This document shows, one piece after another, positions 8,610 through 23,600 of a DNA stretch of 64,000 nt (position 1 is its first letter; every line of letters starts with the position of its first letter). The notes under the pieces are model-generated. The model was given only the letters and a program-made list of their open reading frames with translations. It was not told the DNA's origin and made no database searches. Both the position numbers and the translations under genes were made by a program. This DNA is from Antedon mediterranea (lineage: Eukaryota > Animalia > Echinodermata): positions 13,277,045 through 13,341,044 of the forward strand of contig NC_092680.1 of NCBI RefSeq assembly GCF_964355755.1, read 5' to 3'.

Positions 8610-11600
8610 GTGAGTAGGCTATATTACGTTTTGTCTTGATATATAATAATTCGATTTTGACAGTGACAGTTCAGTCATGCTACACTACAGAATATACTGT
8701 TTTGTTTATTTGACAAATTACAATGTACCAGCTTGGACCTATTATATAGTTAAATTGGGTCCATGGATGGTACAAGTGAGAGTGTAGATGTAAACCTCCC
8801 AATAGTATTTTCACGTCTCGTAGTAAAATAAAATAAATAGATAAAATATTTAGAAATTAGAAGAATAAGCGTTTACATATATTGAGTATATAGGCCCTAT
8901 TGTTGTCATAAATAGTGTTTACTTTCTTTCACAAACTTGAAAACCAACTCATTTTTTAATACAATTAGGGAGGCCTATCAATCTCAATTTATTAGGCCTA
9001 CATCTGCTTTGATATTGAGGTTTGACTCATTAAATGAAAAACATGTTAAAGGATTTGTGCTGTGCAGAGGGGATTGGGGGAAACCTTGTTCTATCCACCC
9101 ATGACTGTTTTTGACACCCATTTTCTAGATTTAACTACACCCCTGAACGTTAATATGTACTGTTCTTTAATGAATAATAGAGATTCACTAACCAATATAA
9201 CTAGAACTACTGTATATCATACTAATAACTACAAACAACAAATGCTCAATATAATACCACCACATGGTATAGGGTTTTAGTAATCTGGAATATTTACTTA
9301 GAAACTGTACACTTGGACCATTGTTGTATTACTGGATTTAATTTACTAACATCAACTTTAAATCTATTAGTGTTTGATTAAAAGTTTAAGCAGAAACCAA
9401 TTATTGATGACTATTAAGTTAGCATGGATTAGCATCAGTTACGCTCAGTAGCTATGAAAACATAACGAAGAGATAATTGTAAGTTGATGTACTTAACTTT
9501 TAAGCATGATCATATTATACACCTATGACCATGCTGTGTACTTTTTAACCTTATGTTTATTTTAAAGATAGTGTCCGCCTGAAAAATAATTGTTACATTT
9601 TTGTTGTTGAATATGCCATTTTAATTTCACATAATAGTTATCCACTTTGACCAAAAATTGGATCCAAACAAAATTTATTTACCTGAAAAAACTGTAATTT
9701 AAAGCAAAAAAATTGTCAAATTGGCTGCCAGCCAATGGATTTTTGGTTGAATTTAACCATTTATTATGTTATTTTATAAGTGAAAACATTATGTGTTTAA
9801 AAGTGTAAAACTTCAAAATAACCTATTCAAAGTCTGATTTAATTAATCTTCATTTTTCATGTTTTTGAGGGGACAATACATCTTTAAGAAAATAATAATT
9901 AATAAAATCAATCCTTTTAAATATAATACATTTATAGGAAAGTGGTAACTATGGGTTATATTTTGATAAATATTTACATTCTATTTGTGTATTAATAAAT
10001 GACTTTTGTTCCAATTTTAAAGTGGTATCATCACCTGCTAAACATCCTTGGATGTGACCTATATACAGAATACTACAATGCTCATCTCCATTTTGTAAAA
10101 TAGTACATCAGCATACAAAGTGACTATCAGGGATTACAGTACTATACAAAAAAAACCACAGAATTCATATAATTATTGTTGGCATTGTTTCATTTGCAAA
10201 GTTCCTGGATTAGCCTTGCTGCAATAAGATTGTCTGTATAATGTTTAATTTGAACATACAGTATTTAGTTTAGATGGTTTAAACTGTTTTAGATATTTCA
10301 GATAAGATCAAGTCATTTTTCCTTAGATGGTTTAAACTGTTTTAGATATTTCAGATAAGATCAAGTTATTTTTCCCCTGTGCGATTTCTTTTCATTTTTT
10401 TAAAAAGAGAACTGAATAAAATCAATTTATTTCTTTTTTACTTTTAAGGTAACAAAATAAATATTTAAGTATTAATAATAAAGAGGCAAAAACTCTAATT
10501 AAAATTTAACACAACTTCAAAGTCTCCCTCCAAAAAAACTTGTGACGGGTAGCCAGTTAAGAAAAATAAAAGTGTAGTCATATTGATGTTTATTTTAACA
10601 TGTTGATACAAAACATTAAATTTTTTTAAATGTGTTTTTAATTGTTGTTCTTGCTCTATGTTCTAGTCAAATTGTAGAAAAAATGCACATATATCCTCAA
10701 TATAATTATTGTAATACACTGTATAACAAAAAATGTTCTCATTCTTGTTAGTATTGTAGTCTATTTTCTTCTTCAAAAATAGTATTTAAAAACCATGTGT
10801 TAAAAGTTCATACATCTGTGAAAGAATTGTGAACAAATACTGTACAATAAATTCATTTTTTAATAGCAATTACTGTACTTCACAGGTCTTTACTGTTTAG
10901 GTGGGAAGAGATAATAACACGTTTTCTAAATTAAATAGTTGATATGAATCTTGAATCTACAACAGGTTTATTCATGTTGACTCAATGGTGTATCTTTCAC
11001 TGTCAATTTATATTGCACGCCCCATTATGCAGTTGAGTTAGCTTATACTTTAGCTGTATGCTTCGTTGCCAATCCTCCATCGGATCTCTGCTGTTTTGTA
11101 GCAAATCATTTGTCTATAATCACTCAGTCTTTTCAATAATAAATTCTGTTAATAATGAATACCTTGTAATGAATATGTTGGATGACAAAAGGACAGACAT
11201 GTGGAACCATTCGTTATGATCACAGAAATGTCACTCCACAAGTTGTTAAACTTTTCTACATTGTTGTGTGATATAGTGTGTGATATAGTGTGTGATATAG
11301 TGTGTGATATAGTGTGTGATATAGTGTGTGATATAGTGTGTGATATAGTGTGTGATATAGTGTGTGATATAGTGTAAATTGGATTACTATATTAATAATT
11401 GTTCCTGGTGTTTGTTGGTGGTATAAACTCTCATAGATAATATGACTTAAATTGGTAATAAAACAATTGGTATTCTGTACTAAATGCAATTTTTAAGGAT
11501 TTAGCGTCTAAAAAATAGGGCCAACTATGCAATTTTGAGTCTGATAAATGGGAGGATTTCTTTTAAAGAATACAACAATTTCTAGAAAAAATATAGCCAA

Positions 11601-14600
11601 TCAATAGAAAAAATCCAAAATTTGATAAGGGTGAAAATGTTAAATAAATTCTTATAATTAGCTTTTGATTGTGTTCATTTTGAAATACCTGACTTTCAAT
11701 CAATTTCAGAATCAGTGGAACAGAACAGAATTTACGGACTTACCTTCTCACATGCAATTAAATCCTCGGTTATTGTTTTCTCACACCTCTATCCTTTTGT
11801 AATTTTTATATTTTATGACCTACTGATAAAAGTATGATTTTAAACAATGAATCCAGTGTCCTTGATAGAACAAAGGTTAATAGAAATTTAGACAATTATA
11901 GCTTTGAACAGATTTCAGAGATAGGATTGCCTTGCCCTGCATCTAGACTACTTATCAATAATTAGCAACCATTTATTCATTTAATAGAAAGAATGGACAT
12001 CATCATATTATGGGAAGTCTACTGTGTCAATTCCAACAGTGTGTTCTAGTTGTGTACGACCTTTTTCCCCCGATAAAAAAATATAAAAAAACAATTTTGT
12101 CACGTACGGAATAGTCATTCACTTGGATCTAAACAATTATTTAACTTCTTTTTTTCCTGTGTAATAATTAAAAATTATATTTTTTGTATGTGCACGGCCC
12201 CTATGAAAGAAAGACCATTAGTTCTCAGGCCCTTCATGATAAACTTAAATGAATTGCAGCCATAGTACAATTTCAATATTAATACAGTATATATCTTTGT
12301 TGATATAAAGTTTGCATTACACAACATATGTTAGTTCTGAAAAGAACTGTTGAGTTTCTCGACGTTTCGATCAATATGCTTTGATCATCCTCAGGAGTGA
12401 AAACCTTCAAACAATATGTAGTATATATCAAATAATAATTTGTTTGAGATGTCACACATTTTTAAACCCAGCAATTTGTTTAGGAAGTAAATTTGAATCG
12501 TTCGTGCACATTCCATTATTTTCTCATAGCTAGTTTTCTCATCAGAAGCAATGCGATCTTCATTGAAATTACTGTCATAATCCATTTGTAGAGACTGTTC
12601 TATGATTCAGATATTCTGCCTATGGTATGTATGTATACTGTATTCTTATCGTTGTTCATCACTGTATTGTCCTGGTCATGCACTGGCTTATAATTAAACT
12701 ACCATCCAGATTACTTTGCCTCTGAGACTGTGGGAATATACATCAGTCAAGCTCTCCATGTCTGAGGGTTCATAGCACAAATACAACATTTCACCTAACA
12801 TTACACCATGGAGGAAAAATGATTTAATACACCATCCTCGATCCATTACCCGGTATGTTTTGTAGGATTTGCCCGTTCTAATATTATATATGCTTATAGT
12901 AACCATAGCTTTTATCAGACATAAATCCATTAAATAACTTGCAAAGTAAATTAGACATTCAATTCTAAAACAACTATGGTATCCGATAGTCTGCCGATAA
13001 GGGCAGTATCGGAAAAGAGGCAGACCGCATGGGTAGTTTGATTTGCGGTCTACTATAATTGGCGACAAAAATTTTTATATGAGAGCATTGCTTACTGCAC
13101 TTTATAGAAACTCATTTTGACATAACAACAACATTATCAATAGTAAATAATATAATAATTCTTGGATCAAAGGTATATTGAAAATTACATTTTTAAAGGT
13201 CTGATATGTATAAAAATATGCCTAAACCCTTTAATGTCCCAACAGTACAAATGAATCTATTTCTAGAGTTTATAGAAAGTGAACTAACAACAGGAACTAT
13301 GCATATCTGTATATAACAAGAAATATTTCTTACAAAAAACGCTGCTCGCTTATTGAAAAATATTTTTTATTTTAAATGTTTTTGAATGTGTCATTTTATT
13401 GTCACATAATAGTTATTTTACCTGAAAAAAATGTAATTTAAAGCAACAAATACTTAAATTGTCTGTCAGACAATGGTTTTGGGGTTTCTTTTCTTTTTTT
13501 ATATGTGAATAAATATTATTTTTTTGTTACAGAAGTGAATACTCAATTTCTGTCACTTTAGTTAATTTTATTGCTAAGGTCAAATCTGGGGGTCACTTCA
13601 TCACCATAGATATTTCAATTGTGAAGTATCCTATTACAAACACAAACTTTAAATGGACTGTTTCGATAATAATTCAATGACTATCTGACAGTGAATATAT
13701 TGTAATTTTAGCATGACATGTCCTAATAGACTCTTTCCCAAACGTTTTTTGGGTCTACTGTAGCAGCTGGAATCAATAAATTATAGTGGAGTTTCCATTT
13801 TCACAAAACTGTCTGTCCTTAGAACTATAACTGCTGCTTGCTTTAGCTTCTGATTGAGTAGTCCTAATGGGACGTAGCGGGCTAGAGCAGCAGCGTGAAA
13901 ATAGTGAAGAATCACATGTATCTGAGAATACATAAATGTATTTTTGTTCAACTTTCAGTGGAGTTCAGACTCTAGTTAATTACATTTATAGCATCTTTAG
14001 TTGCATAACAACTAGAATTTAAAACTACAATAAAAAAAAAGGGAGTTTTTCAAAAGGGACTTTTTGTATAATTGAAATCTTGTGAGATGTTGCTTAATAC
14101 TAGTAATGACAGTACTGTATATTGGTTCATGTACTTTATTAAAGGAATGACAACCTATGTCTCTAATCACAAAAAAATCCCCTGACCTTGTTGTATAATG
14201 ATTTTTAAATCTTTTTATAACTTTGAACTGTGAATTGATAATTTCCGATGGTGTGAATAGTATTGCCTAGGGTGCTGATTTATAGGATAATCTACCTGAA
14301 GTATGAATCCTGACAATCAATTATTTAACTTATAGTTAAATATATTTAAAAAAGACTAAAATACTAAATAATGAACACTTGTTAGAAAGTCAATGCTGCT
14401 TTATTTATAAAAGATAAGGATAGCACAATTGTTATTGATAAAAGATAAGGATAGCACAATTGTTATTTATAATATTCTTTGTCAAAAGGAAGGTTCTCTC
14501 GGGAAAATGCTAAATTTGTACAAATACTATCACTATAGAATAATTATAATTAAAAATACAGTATGGCATTTTAGTGCATTTGATTTTAAGATTAATTGAT

Positions 14601-17600
14601 GTACAGATCTAAGACTAAGCAAATAATTGGTCAATTTCTCTGAAATCCTTGTTTATTTCATTCCAAATAATGGGTTTATATAATTTTACAGGTATATCAA
14701 AAACAAAATTAATTGATTTATAAATGGTGAAAAAGATGGAAATCTGTGAAAATGTGTAAATTAAATGTATTCTGCAGAAAATAGGACAAGGCCTATTGAT
14801 AGTGTATATGCCCTGCCCAATTTGCAGTTACAAGTGTATACAATAAATTATATTTTTGTTAGTGTTTATTTAAAGTAATTAATTTAAAATCAATGTCATT
14901 GACTTTGGAGCAATTTAGATGTAATAGTAATTGTTTGTATTAATGCCAGAGTTTAAAAATCATTTTTTTATCACGAATACAAATTTGTCACAACCGAAGG
15001 AGTTCAATGGTAGCGCACAGGCCTGGTAGCGCATGTCCGTGATTATTTTTGTGACCACTGTGTCCTGGTTCAATTGATACTGATTTCCCACGCTGTGAAC
15101 TTAAGGTAATCGGCGTGAACTTAACACTCAATAATACTGTTGTTCTTTCATTTATCACTAAACCAATTTAATGTAATAAGAAATTGACAAGTTAGTCCAA
15201 CTGGGCTGTTAATGGGTGATCAGCAGGTACACCCTCAAGATGTAACCCTTTGGTGCACAGATGAGGTATTCTTGTGTTTGAAACACTGCAATCAAAAATT
15301 GTTTGTTACAAAAATAAATAGCACTTATTTCCAAATTGATAGATGAAAAAAAATTCATATAGAAAAGAAATGGTAACGGTGGTATGTTGTGACTTTTCTA
15401 CCATAAGAGGGCATAATTCGGATTGTATTATATCTTTCATTTTTATCCAGGTATGCGGAACTCATAGACTATACCATAATCTGGAATTTTCTAAATTATT
15501 TGTAGAAAATGATTTTAAAATTTAATCAGTATTGCCAGTTATTAGGGCATGTTGAGCTGAATGGAATAAGGTGCAATGATCCGGTATTTACAAAACATTC
15601 TTTTAATTATGAAGGACCTACATATTTTAACTCGTTAGACGTTTCTATTAGAAATTGCAATACCTTTTTAAATTTTAAAAGTAAATTAAAGAATTTTATG
15701 CTTAATAATGACACTTTTATCTTCCTCACCTTTTACTTTTTTGCCTTTCTATTTACATTTTTATATTTATTCTTTATTCAATTTTAACTATTTTAATATA
15801 TTTTTACTGATTATGTTTTATGTCGTATTGTTGAGGGACCCTTAAAATCAGCTTCCGCTGGCTGGGTCACCCTCTTGAAACATGGTTGAATAAATAAATA
15901 ATAATAAATAAATAACAATGCACATTTTGAAAAGAGAAAAATTAATAATCCAATTTGTTATTAAAATTTGTAATTATTTTTTATGATTATTTTTAATTGT
16001 CAATATTTTCCTTTTGTAGCAATATAGTTCTTAATTTTTTTTTTTTTCTCTTTTGTGGCGTTAACCACTATTTTATTCATTTCATTCTGAAATGATCAAT
16101 ACAATGATTTTACACTTCATCCAAATATATATTCCCTTGTTATTCTGTTCTGTTATTTTCTTGTACTTTCTTTTATCTTTTGTACGATTTGATCGAAACA
16201 ATTCGGTCGGATATATTATATATATACTTTTATATGTATTATCCACTTTTTTCATAATTTTCTTTTATTTTAACTATTCCTCTCTACATTAAAAAAAAAA
16301 ACAAAAAAAAAAAAAAGCAATAGGTTTATGTCTCTACAAAACACACATGTGCATATATTCGAGTACATGACTGCATACATACATACCCACGACAAAGGTA
16401 TATATATAAATAAATAAATATTTACAATATATAAAATGCAATACAATTACTCAACTATTCTTAATTCTTTTTTTTTTTTAACAATAAGAACATAAGTAAA
16501 AATATAAAATTCCAATAATTATAGTAAGCTTTAAAAATCCTTTCCTTACTCTTGTGTTTTAGTTTTATGTCTCATGGTTATATTTGTTACTTACTTATAT
16601 GTTACGTTTTGTTTTGTTTTTAATATTTATTTCATTTATTTTCGTTTTTTTTTTTTTTATAATTCTATATAAAGATTTAACCACCTATTGGCATTGTACA
16701 GCGTTATATAAACCTCTGTAGAATATACCGTATTATAATAGTCGGTTAAGGTATAACCTATAATTTTTTTTAGTTCTTAATTTTTTATTTATTTTTTGAC
16801 TTCATGTGGATCCTTTATTTCCTTCAGAATAAAACCTTGATTCATAGGAACCACAACTGCCCACACTCTTGTGTGTCATGGATCAATACAATGATTTCTT
16901 TAATTTTAAAATTTGATAGAAAAATATTGCTTATAAGAAACACCCTTTTAAACAAGGTCAATTAATTTGACTGGGTCACGTTTGAAATAATTTATCCTTC
17001 ATGTTAGAAATTAAATAATCAAGGTTGCAATTGTGTACTGTACTATTTATAGTACATTTGTATTGATTACAAACTGTACTTAAAATTGTATATACTGTAT
17101 AAAATAGAAGACTCAATTTCACATTTAGTGTCATGCCAATGAAATTCCAGTAAACATTTCTATCTTTGACACTTCAAATCCTTAATTGATTGTATTGTTG
17201 TAATGGAAGTTTCCTATTTACATTACTGAACTACTACTGGTACTTCTTGTTTTAAATACAATTTTTAGAAATTAAAAAAAGAAAAGAAGTCTTTGCAACA
17301 AATTATTTTATGGATACAAACAAAAATATTACCTAATAATAGTAATACAAGGTACTCGACTGTGTTTACTTCATTTTCTAATAATTACTGTAGCTATGTT
17401 TACTGTACATATTCTTTTCTCTATTTATAGTTCCCTTTTATTTACTACTCTGAAGATCAGGAGGCCTACATTTGTATTGATTTGATTGATTTATTTATTA
17501 AATTTTATTTTTTATTCATAAAATAATTGCAGATACATTTAACTTGTTCTGCATTCAAACGCTGGATGTACTGTACCATCAAAGTTAACATGATACTTGA

Positions 17601-20600
17601 TATCTATAGAGAGCTAACAACACATTACTTTCGTTGGATATAACTCTGATATGATTCGGATCAGCTAAATCCGTTCTATGCACACTTAACTCTAGTGCGT
17701 GTGAACATGAATGCAGATACCGGTACCTTTCTTAAGAAAAACCTAAGAAATAGGATTTGTAATCCAATCTTACTTTGATAATTGATACTGATTTAATTTT
17801 TTTTACATTCTGCTCAAATGTCAGATCATGGCGAGGTGTAAAGAAAGAGGTTTTTGCTAATAAATATCACTTTTGTGTGTTTCTTTGTCTATGTTGGTTT
17901 GTTTATTCAGGTACACTCTAATCTATTTTAAGATCTGTTGAGTTGTTTTCAAATGTGTGATATTTCTCATTTCATTAATTTTTAAGTAGGACATGGATAT
18001 GCTTTAAATCTATTGTATGTAGCCTACATTTTAATTGTTGAAGCACTTTCTCTTGTGTTTCATTGGGGCAAGTAGACATCGTGGCTCATGGGGACGGTAT
18101 TTCTAAGATGCCGACATTGCTCCAATTGTGTTAGTGAGTACATTTTGACACACAATAACACAAGTTTTAGTTTCTAGCAACATTTCACACATTCAGTAAC
18201 GTAAATATGTTACCTGTGTTTTTCAACAATACACACATACTTAATGATCCACTGAAGATTTCAGATAAAATAAAACAAGAGAGACTACAAATAAAGAGAC
18301 ATTGAGAAATTGATCAAAGCATCAAATTTGTTTCTCTTTATTTGGAGTTTACCCCATGTTTTATTGTTTTTTGACATTTTTTCGGTATGCATTGTTAAAA
18401 AAAACAGGCGCGGATTTAGGCTGGGCTAAGCAGGCTTTACAGGCACACAATCCATATTTCAGGTTGTTTTATTGTACGGTAATCATTTTGAAAGTTAATT
18501 GGATCGTTGCATAGGTGACAAAGATTTCAAACATAATATGGCTTGTGTTTAGATAAACCCACAACTAAACCTTTAATCTTTAAAAAGGGCCAGCAAATTT
18601 ACCCATCAAACATGTAAAGGAACTCATTGTAAATTGGCAATAAAATTGGAAAGTGGTGCTTTAGTATCAAAGTGGTTTATTGAGTGCAAACCTTCTGGAT
18701 ATTAAAGACACCTTCCCTACAATTTGTGACGTTTTGTAAAAATAATACATATATATTACTTTAAAAACATTAAACCAGGTCATTCCTTGTCTTAAATGTA
18801 CGTTTTATGGTAAATTATGATAAAAAGTGAGAAACAATGCACTACCTAAGTAGCTCGCGGCGACTGACCTCTCGTGGACGGTCTTTAGGCCTAGCCTAGC
18901 TAGGCTTAGTTTTGTAGGCCTAGCTGGTAAACATCGGTAACGTACGAACATCGTACGCTAGCTATATACCTAGCCTGACGTTGTATAGTTGCTGCATTAA
19001 TTGTCTTTCTATTTTTGCCAGACTCCGTTGATACAAATTGGGGAAAACCCGGTATTTTCGCTGAAAAGTTAGGAGTCTTCCATTTGTTTTGGCCTCACGA
19101 TCGATCGAAAAGTGGGTGAATTACAGAAGAAAAACAAAAATATCAATCGGCGTGCAATGCATTTTGGGATTTATAGCGGGCCGCTATAATTATTAGAATC
19201 GACTTATTTTTCACAGTTTTAACCATTTAAAGACGAAAAAAGTTATCGCAATAGGACCATATAGTATTATTTTTACATTAAATATAGTTTGTGATCTTAA
19301 ATTAGATCTAAAAAACGTAGGGAAGGTGTAAGTTCAAAACAAACATCCTTAAGGGGGCCAATTCAGCTTACCAGCAAGCTACTGGTATTTCAGTCCTCTT
19401 AGGCCTGGAGCTTTACTCACACCACAGAGGTAATATGCCCTATACCTAAGGGCTGGTCAATACAAGGCATCGTAGGGTTTGTTTAGATTGATTTTCATTT
19501 AAAAGAATTTGCCCTGACCATTAATTAAAACTTTAGAAACCACATGAGATTATGAAAATGGACAAGTTTTGTTATGGCATGTTCATGCATTCACTTTACA
19601 ATAACCCAATGTTACCTGTACTGCCTCACGCTGTCTTAAAGGGAAACTAACTCCATCACTGTGATGTTTATTCTATTTACAAATCCTTTACTTTAGTGTT
19701 TTAAAACTTACTGAATGTGTTTGTACAGGTTGGATTAACAAGTGGCACTAATTAATTAGCATAAGTGATTAATTATCATAATTTTGTAATGCTGTTCATA
19801 TCTGAAAAATTAAGTATTATTAGGCGATAAAACAGTACCACTATTAACATCCTTTAAATTGATTGATTTTTTCTGTTTTTTTTTCCATATCGTAATAAAA
19901 TACTTGTCAGGCAATGTACAAAAATATGAACCATTGTCATTCAAAATAGAAAGAAAGAGTATAGGGTGAGGGTTAGGTGACAGTCTTTTGTGTCTTATAA
20001 ATCTCAAATTGGTTGTAAAATAATGTCAAAATAATGATGAACTATGTGATGCATATTATATGTTTTTGTCTTGTTTTTTTTAAATCTAGGGTAGCCAGGC
20101 CTATCAGGTTATCTATTGATCAAAATCATATGCACCCTTAAGTGATGATGTCACATAGACCCCATTTACACTTACGATTTAGGCCGGCCCTGGGTCGGCA
20201 ATTGATAAGTGTAAATACTCCAAAAAGTTAGGCCGGCCCTGGGCCGGACGCAGATCTGGGCCACCTCTCCAGGTAGGTTCAGGAGCGGCTTTTACGTTTG
20301 GGCCGGCTTACGCAGTGAATCGTGAACAACGTTTGACCTTTTTATGAGGTTGTTGTTATGACGATCCGACATTCTCAGTACATACCTTCCTCCTTTTCGG
20401 GCGACAATTTGTTTTCTTCATTATATAGTTAAATTTATTTTCAGACATCTTCTTTCAATAAAGTATTCCTCCGCTTGTTTCGCATATACATAAAATATAG
20501 CCATATTATATATAAAACAGTGGGGTTCATTTTGTTTTTAATGGGACAAAAAACAACAATACAGTACTATAAATATAAAACGGTCGGTTCGCGCGGAGAG

Positions 20601-23600
20601 TTGAATTGACGATCGAGAGAGAAAAATGTAAACAAACTGTACTTCGTATCCCAGCATGCAATGGTACTTCCGATAAAATTATTTACGACCAGTAATCTGC
20701 GTCGGTAGTGTAAACGCTCTGGGCCGGCCTAAAAAGTAAATATTTGCAACCGGCCCAGGACCGACCCAGGACCGGCCCTGGACCCAAACGAAAGTGTAAA
20801 TGGGGTCATAGAGTGTGAGACAACTAAAATCTTGTTTGTAAGAGGCTAAAACGTGTAAATTATAGAAGCATGTACAGTCACGAAATACAAACACTCCCCC
20901 TCAATCCCCTAACACTGGTCAATAGGTCATGGTCAACATTGTTGTGTATGATAAAAATATCTGTAAATTATATTTGAGCTCTTCAAATTTAACCTGTATT
21001 TAGTTACAGAACCTCCCCTTATGCTCTGTTTTTGTGAGTAACTGTGTCAATAGGATTGAAGTCTGTAATTTTGAAATATAATACAGTTTTAAATGGATAA
21101 TAGATTTTAGTTGTATTTAACTTCTTTAACATTTATGCATGCTTGTTCTTCCTTGGGCCACCATGCACATATAAATATAAAACTAAAAGTACTTAAAAAG
21201 TTTATGTTTAAATGATTGTTGAGAAATGGATGAATGACTGTTAGAAATAAGATTGTTCCATTCCTGTACTTTTGTAATCAATCTTAGGTATAAATATAGA
21301 GTAACAACATATAGTGGCTGTATTGTTACCAAATTTGAATTTATGAAGATTTGCATTTTATATACATTTTTATAAAAGACTAAATGTTAGGCCTTACCTA
21401 TTACTATGTTTTAAAAAATGATTTTGTTTGCATCCTTTCTTGAATTAGTTTGTTTATAGAATAAATTGGACTGCTTGTTGATTGACTTTAGATTACATTT
21501 ATATTGTGTTTATCTAACACACAAATGATAACCTGTGAACGACCTCTTTCTAGTTTGGTAAATGGATTCAATAGTATTGCAATGGATACAGATCTATTGT
21601 CAAGTTGTTTGAATTTGTTTTTATTTGCCACTGTTTCATTTTAGTTTACTTTTTTTTTTCTCAAAAATATATAATAAATAAATGAGCCTGTTTGTATCGA
21701 AAATCGTAGTTGTCTTTCAGTTTGGTTGTATACAGTAACTTTATTTAATATGTGTTGCAGCTTATTTTTTACCCATTTTGTGATCATTCATAGTTGCTTT
21801 AATCTAGGTTCAAGATGGTTCTTTGAAGTTATATTATGTTAAAAAGATAAAATGTTGACACCATTTACATACCTTTTGAGTTCAAATTGATTCTTCAATT
21901 GAATTGACATTGCTCCAAAAAGCAAAAAAAAGAAAAAAATCAATTTTTTATTCCATATAACTTTTTTTTATTATACTGCTTTGCTTTTGGAGGTATGGAT
22001 AGCCAGGATTATAGGTCATATTTTGCAAATGAGATATTGAGATGAGATCCTGGTTTTTTGACAACCCCCAATGGAGTTCTTAGGCTAGATAATGACTCAT
22101 CAATCAAGTTGCCCTCTTCATGCTCATACTGATAAGAATCTAGCTTTGATTAAAGAATTCCTTTCATAAGGTGTATGATCTAGTAAAGCTGCAGAACTGG
22201 GGATTTAAAATACTCATCCACAGCTAAACGGTCACCACTGTCGTTCAGTAACATCCCCACTGCAGTTCAGCAACATCCCCACTGCAGTTCAGCAACATCC
22301 CCACTGCAGTTGTTCATCGAATTCCCCACTGCAGTTCAGTGGTGTCACCACTGCAGTTCAGCGAATTCCCCACTTAAGTAAAGTTCAGTAAATTCCCCAC
22401 TGTAGTTCAGTGAATTCCCCACTGTGGTTCAGTGAATTCCCCACTGCAGTTCAGCGAATTCCCCACTGCAGTTCAGCGAATTTCAGTGAAATCTACACTC
22501 TGGGTCTAATTACATTATTAGTAAGTACAAAGCTACATTTTATTGCATGAGTAAAATCTAGGGAAAAAAGTCCATAGATGGGTATGCTATGTTTAGAAAA
22601 TATTACAAGATATTAAAGTCTAATAATTCTCAAAAATAGGTTTATAATTGAGATTAGGAAAAATTTCAGGAAGGATTTATTTAAGACTCCCATGATGGGA
22701 AGATTCTACCAAATATATCACTTCTATACTTTTTAAAAAGTTTATATATTGATTCTTTTTGAGACACATATCATCAAATGATACATTTCATTCATTCTAA
22801 AAATTAAAAAATCTAAATGTCTTGAAAAGATAATGTAGTACCCTATTAACCCCTGGTTTCCGGCCATCAATAAATAATGCAATTTTAAAGGGTGTTATTG
22901 GAATATTAGGTTAGAGATGGAACACAGATGTTGACATTAAAATCTTATTAACATTCTGTAGGTTAGGTTTTTAATCATTTTTTTGTGGCATTTGGAATTT
23001 TATCAATATTCATATTCATATTCATATTCATTTATTATCCAGAAAAATAAAAACAATAATACAAAAAGCATAAATTACATAAAACAAAAACAAGCATAGA
23101 AAAACGCAGGACACTATCCTGGCGGATTGTCAAAAAGCAAAAATATCGCTATAATAGACTCTCCTGATACTCTGATAGTGCTGGTGGCAAAATAACAGAA
23201 ACAAGGTTAAACATTTAACAATCCGGTAACATAGAATTTATATAAAACAGAATAAAAATTGCAATCATTATAAATAAACATGTCTGTGATATATACCGGA
23301 ATCTCATCCCACATCCTTGGAAATGAAATAAAAACAGAGTAAAAAAAAGCATTAGTACGAGACTTCTTATGTCTAAAAACAAGTTTCTCACTTCTACGTT
23401 CAACAGGTTTAGGTAGCAAAGCACCATCAATTAGGAAATCTGTACAGAGGCACTTCACAACAAATTTAACACGGATGAATTTAAGTCTATTATAAATCAT
23501 GGGTAATTTTAGAGTCCGTAACCTTTGTTCGTATGACGGCCGCATGTCATAATCCATGTGAAAAAAACGTGGGAAGCATGATCGTGTAAAGCGTCTCTGA

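Noticed and set aside
11256-11489. HTLY-repeat ORF
   Set aside because: Translation of a 12-bp minisatellite.
22232-22490. CRISPR-like repeat array
   Set aside because: Head-to-tail units without unique spacers, in eukaryotic DNA with no cas genes.
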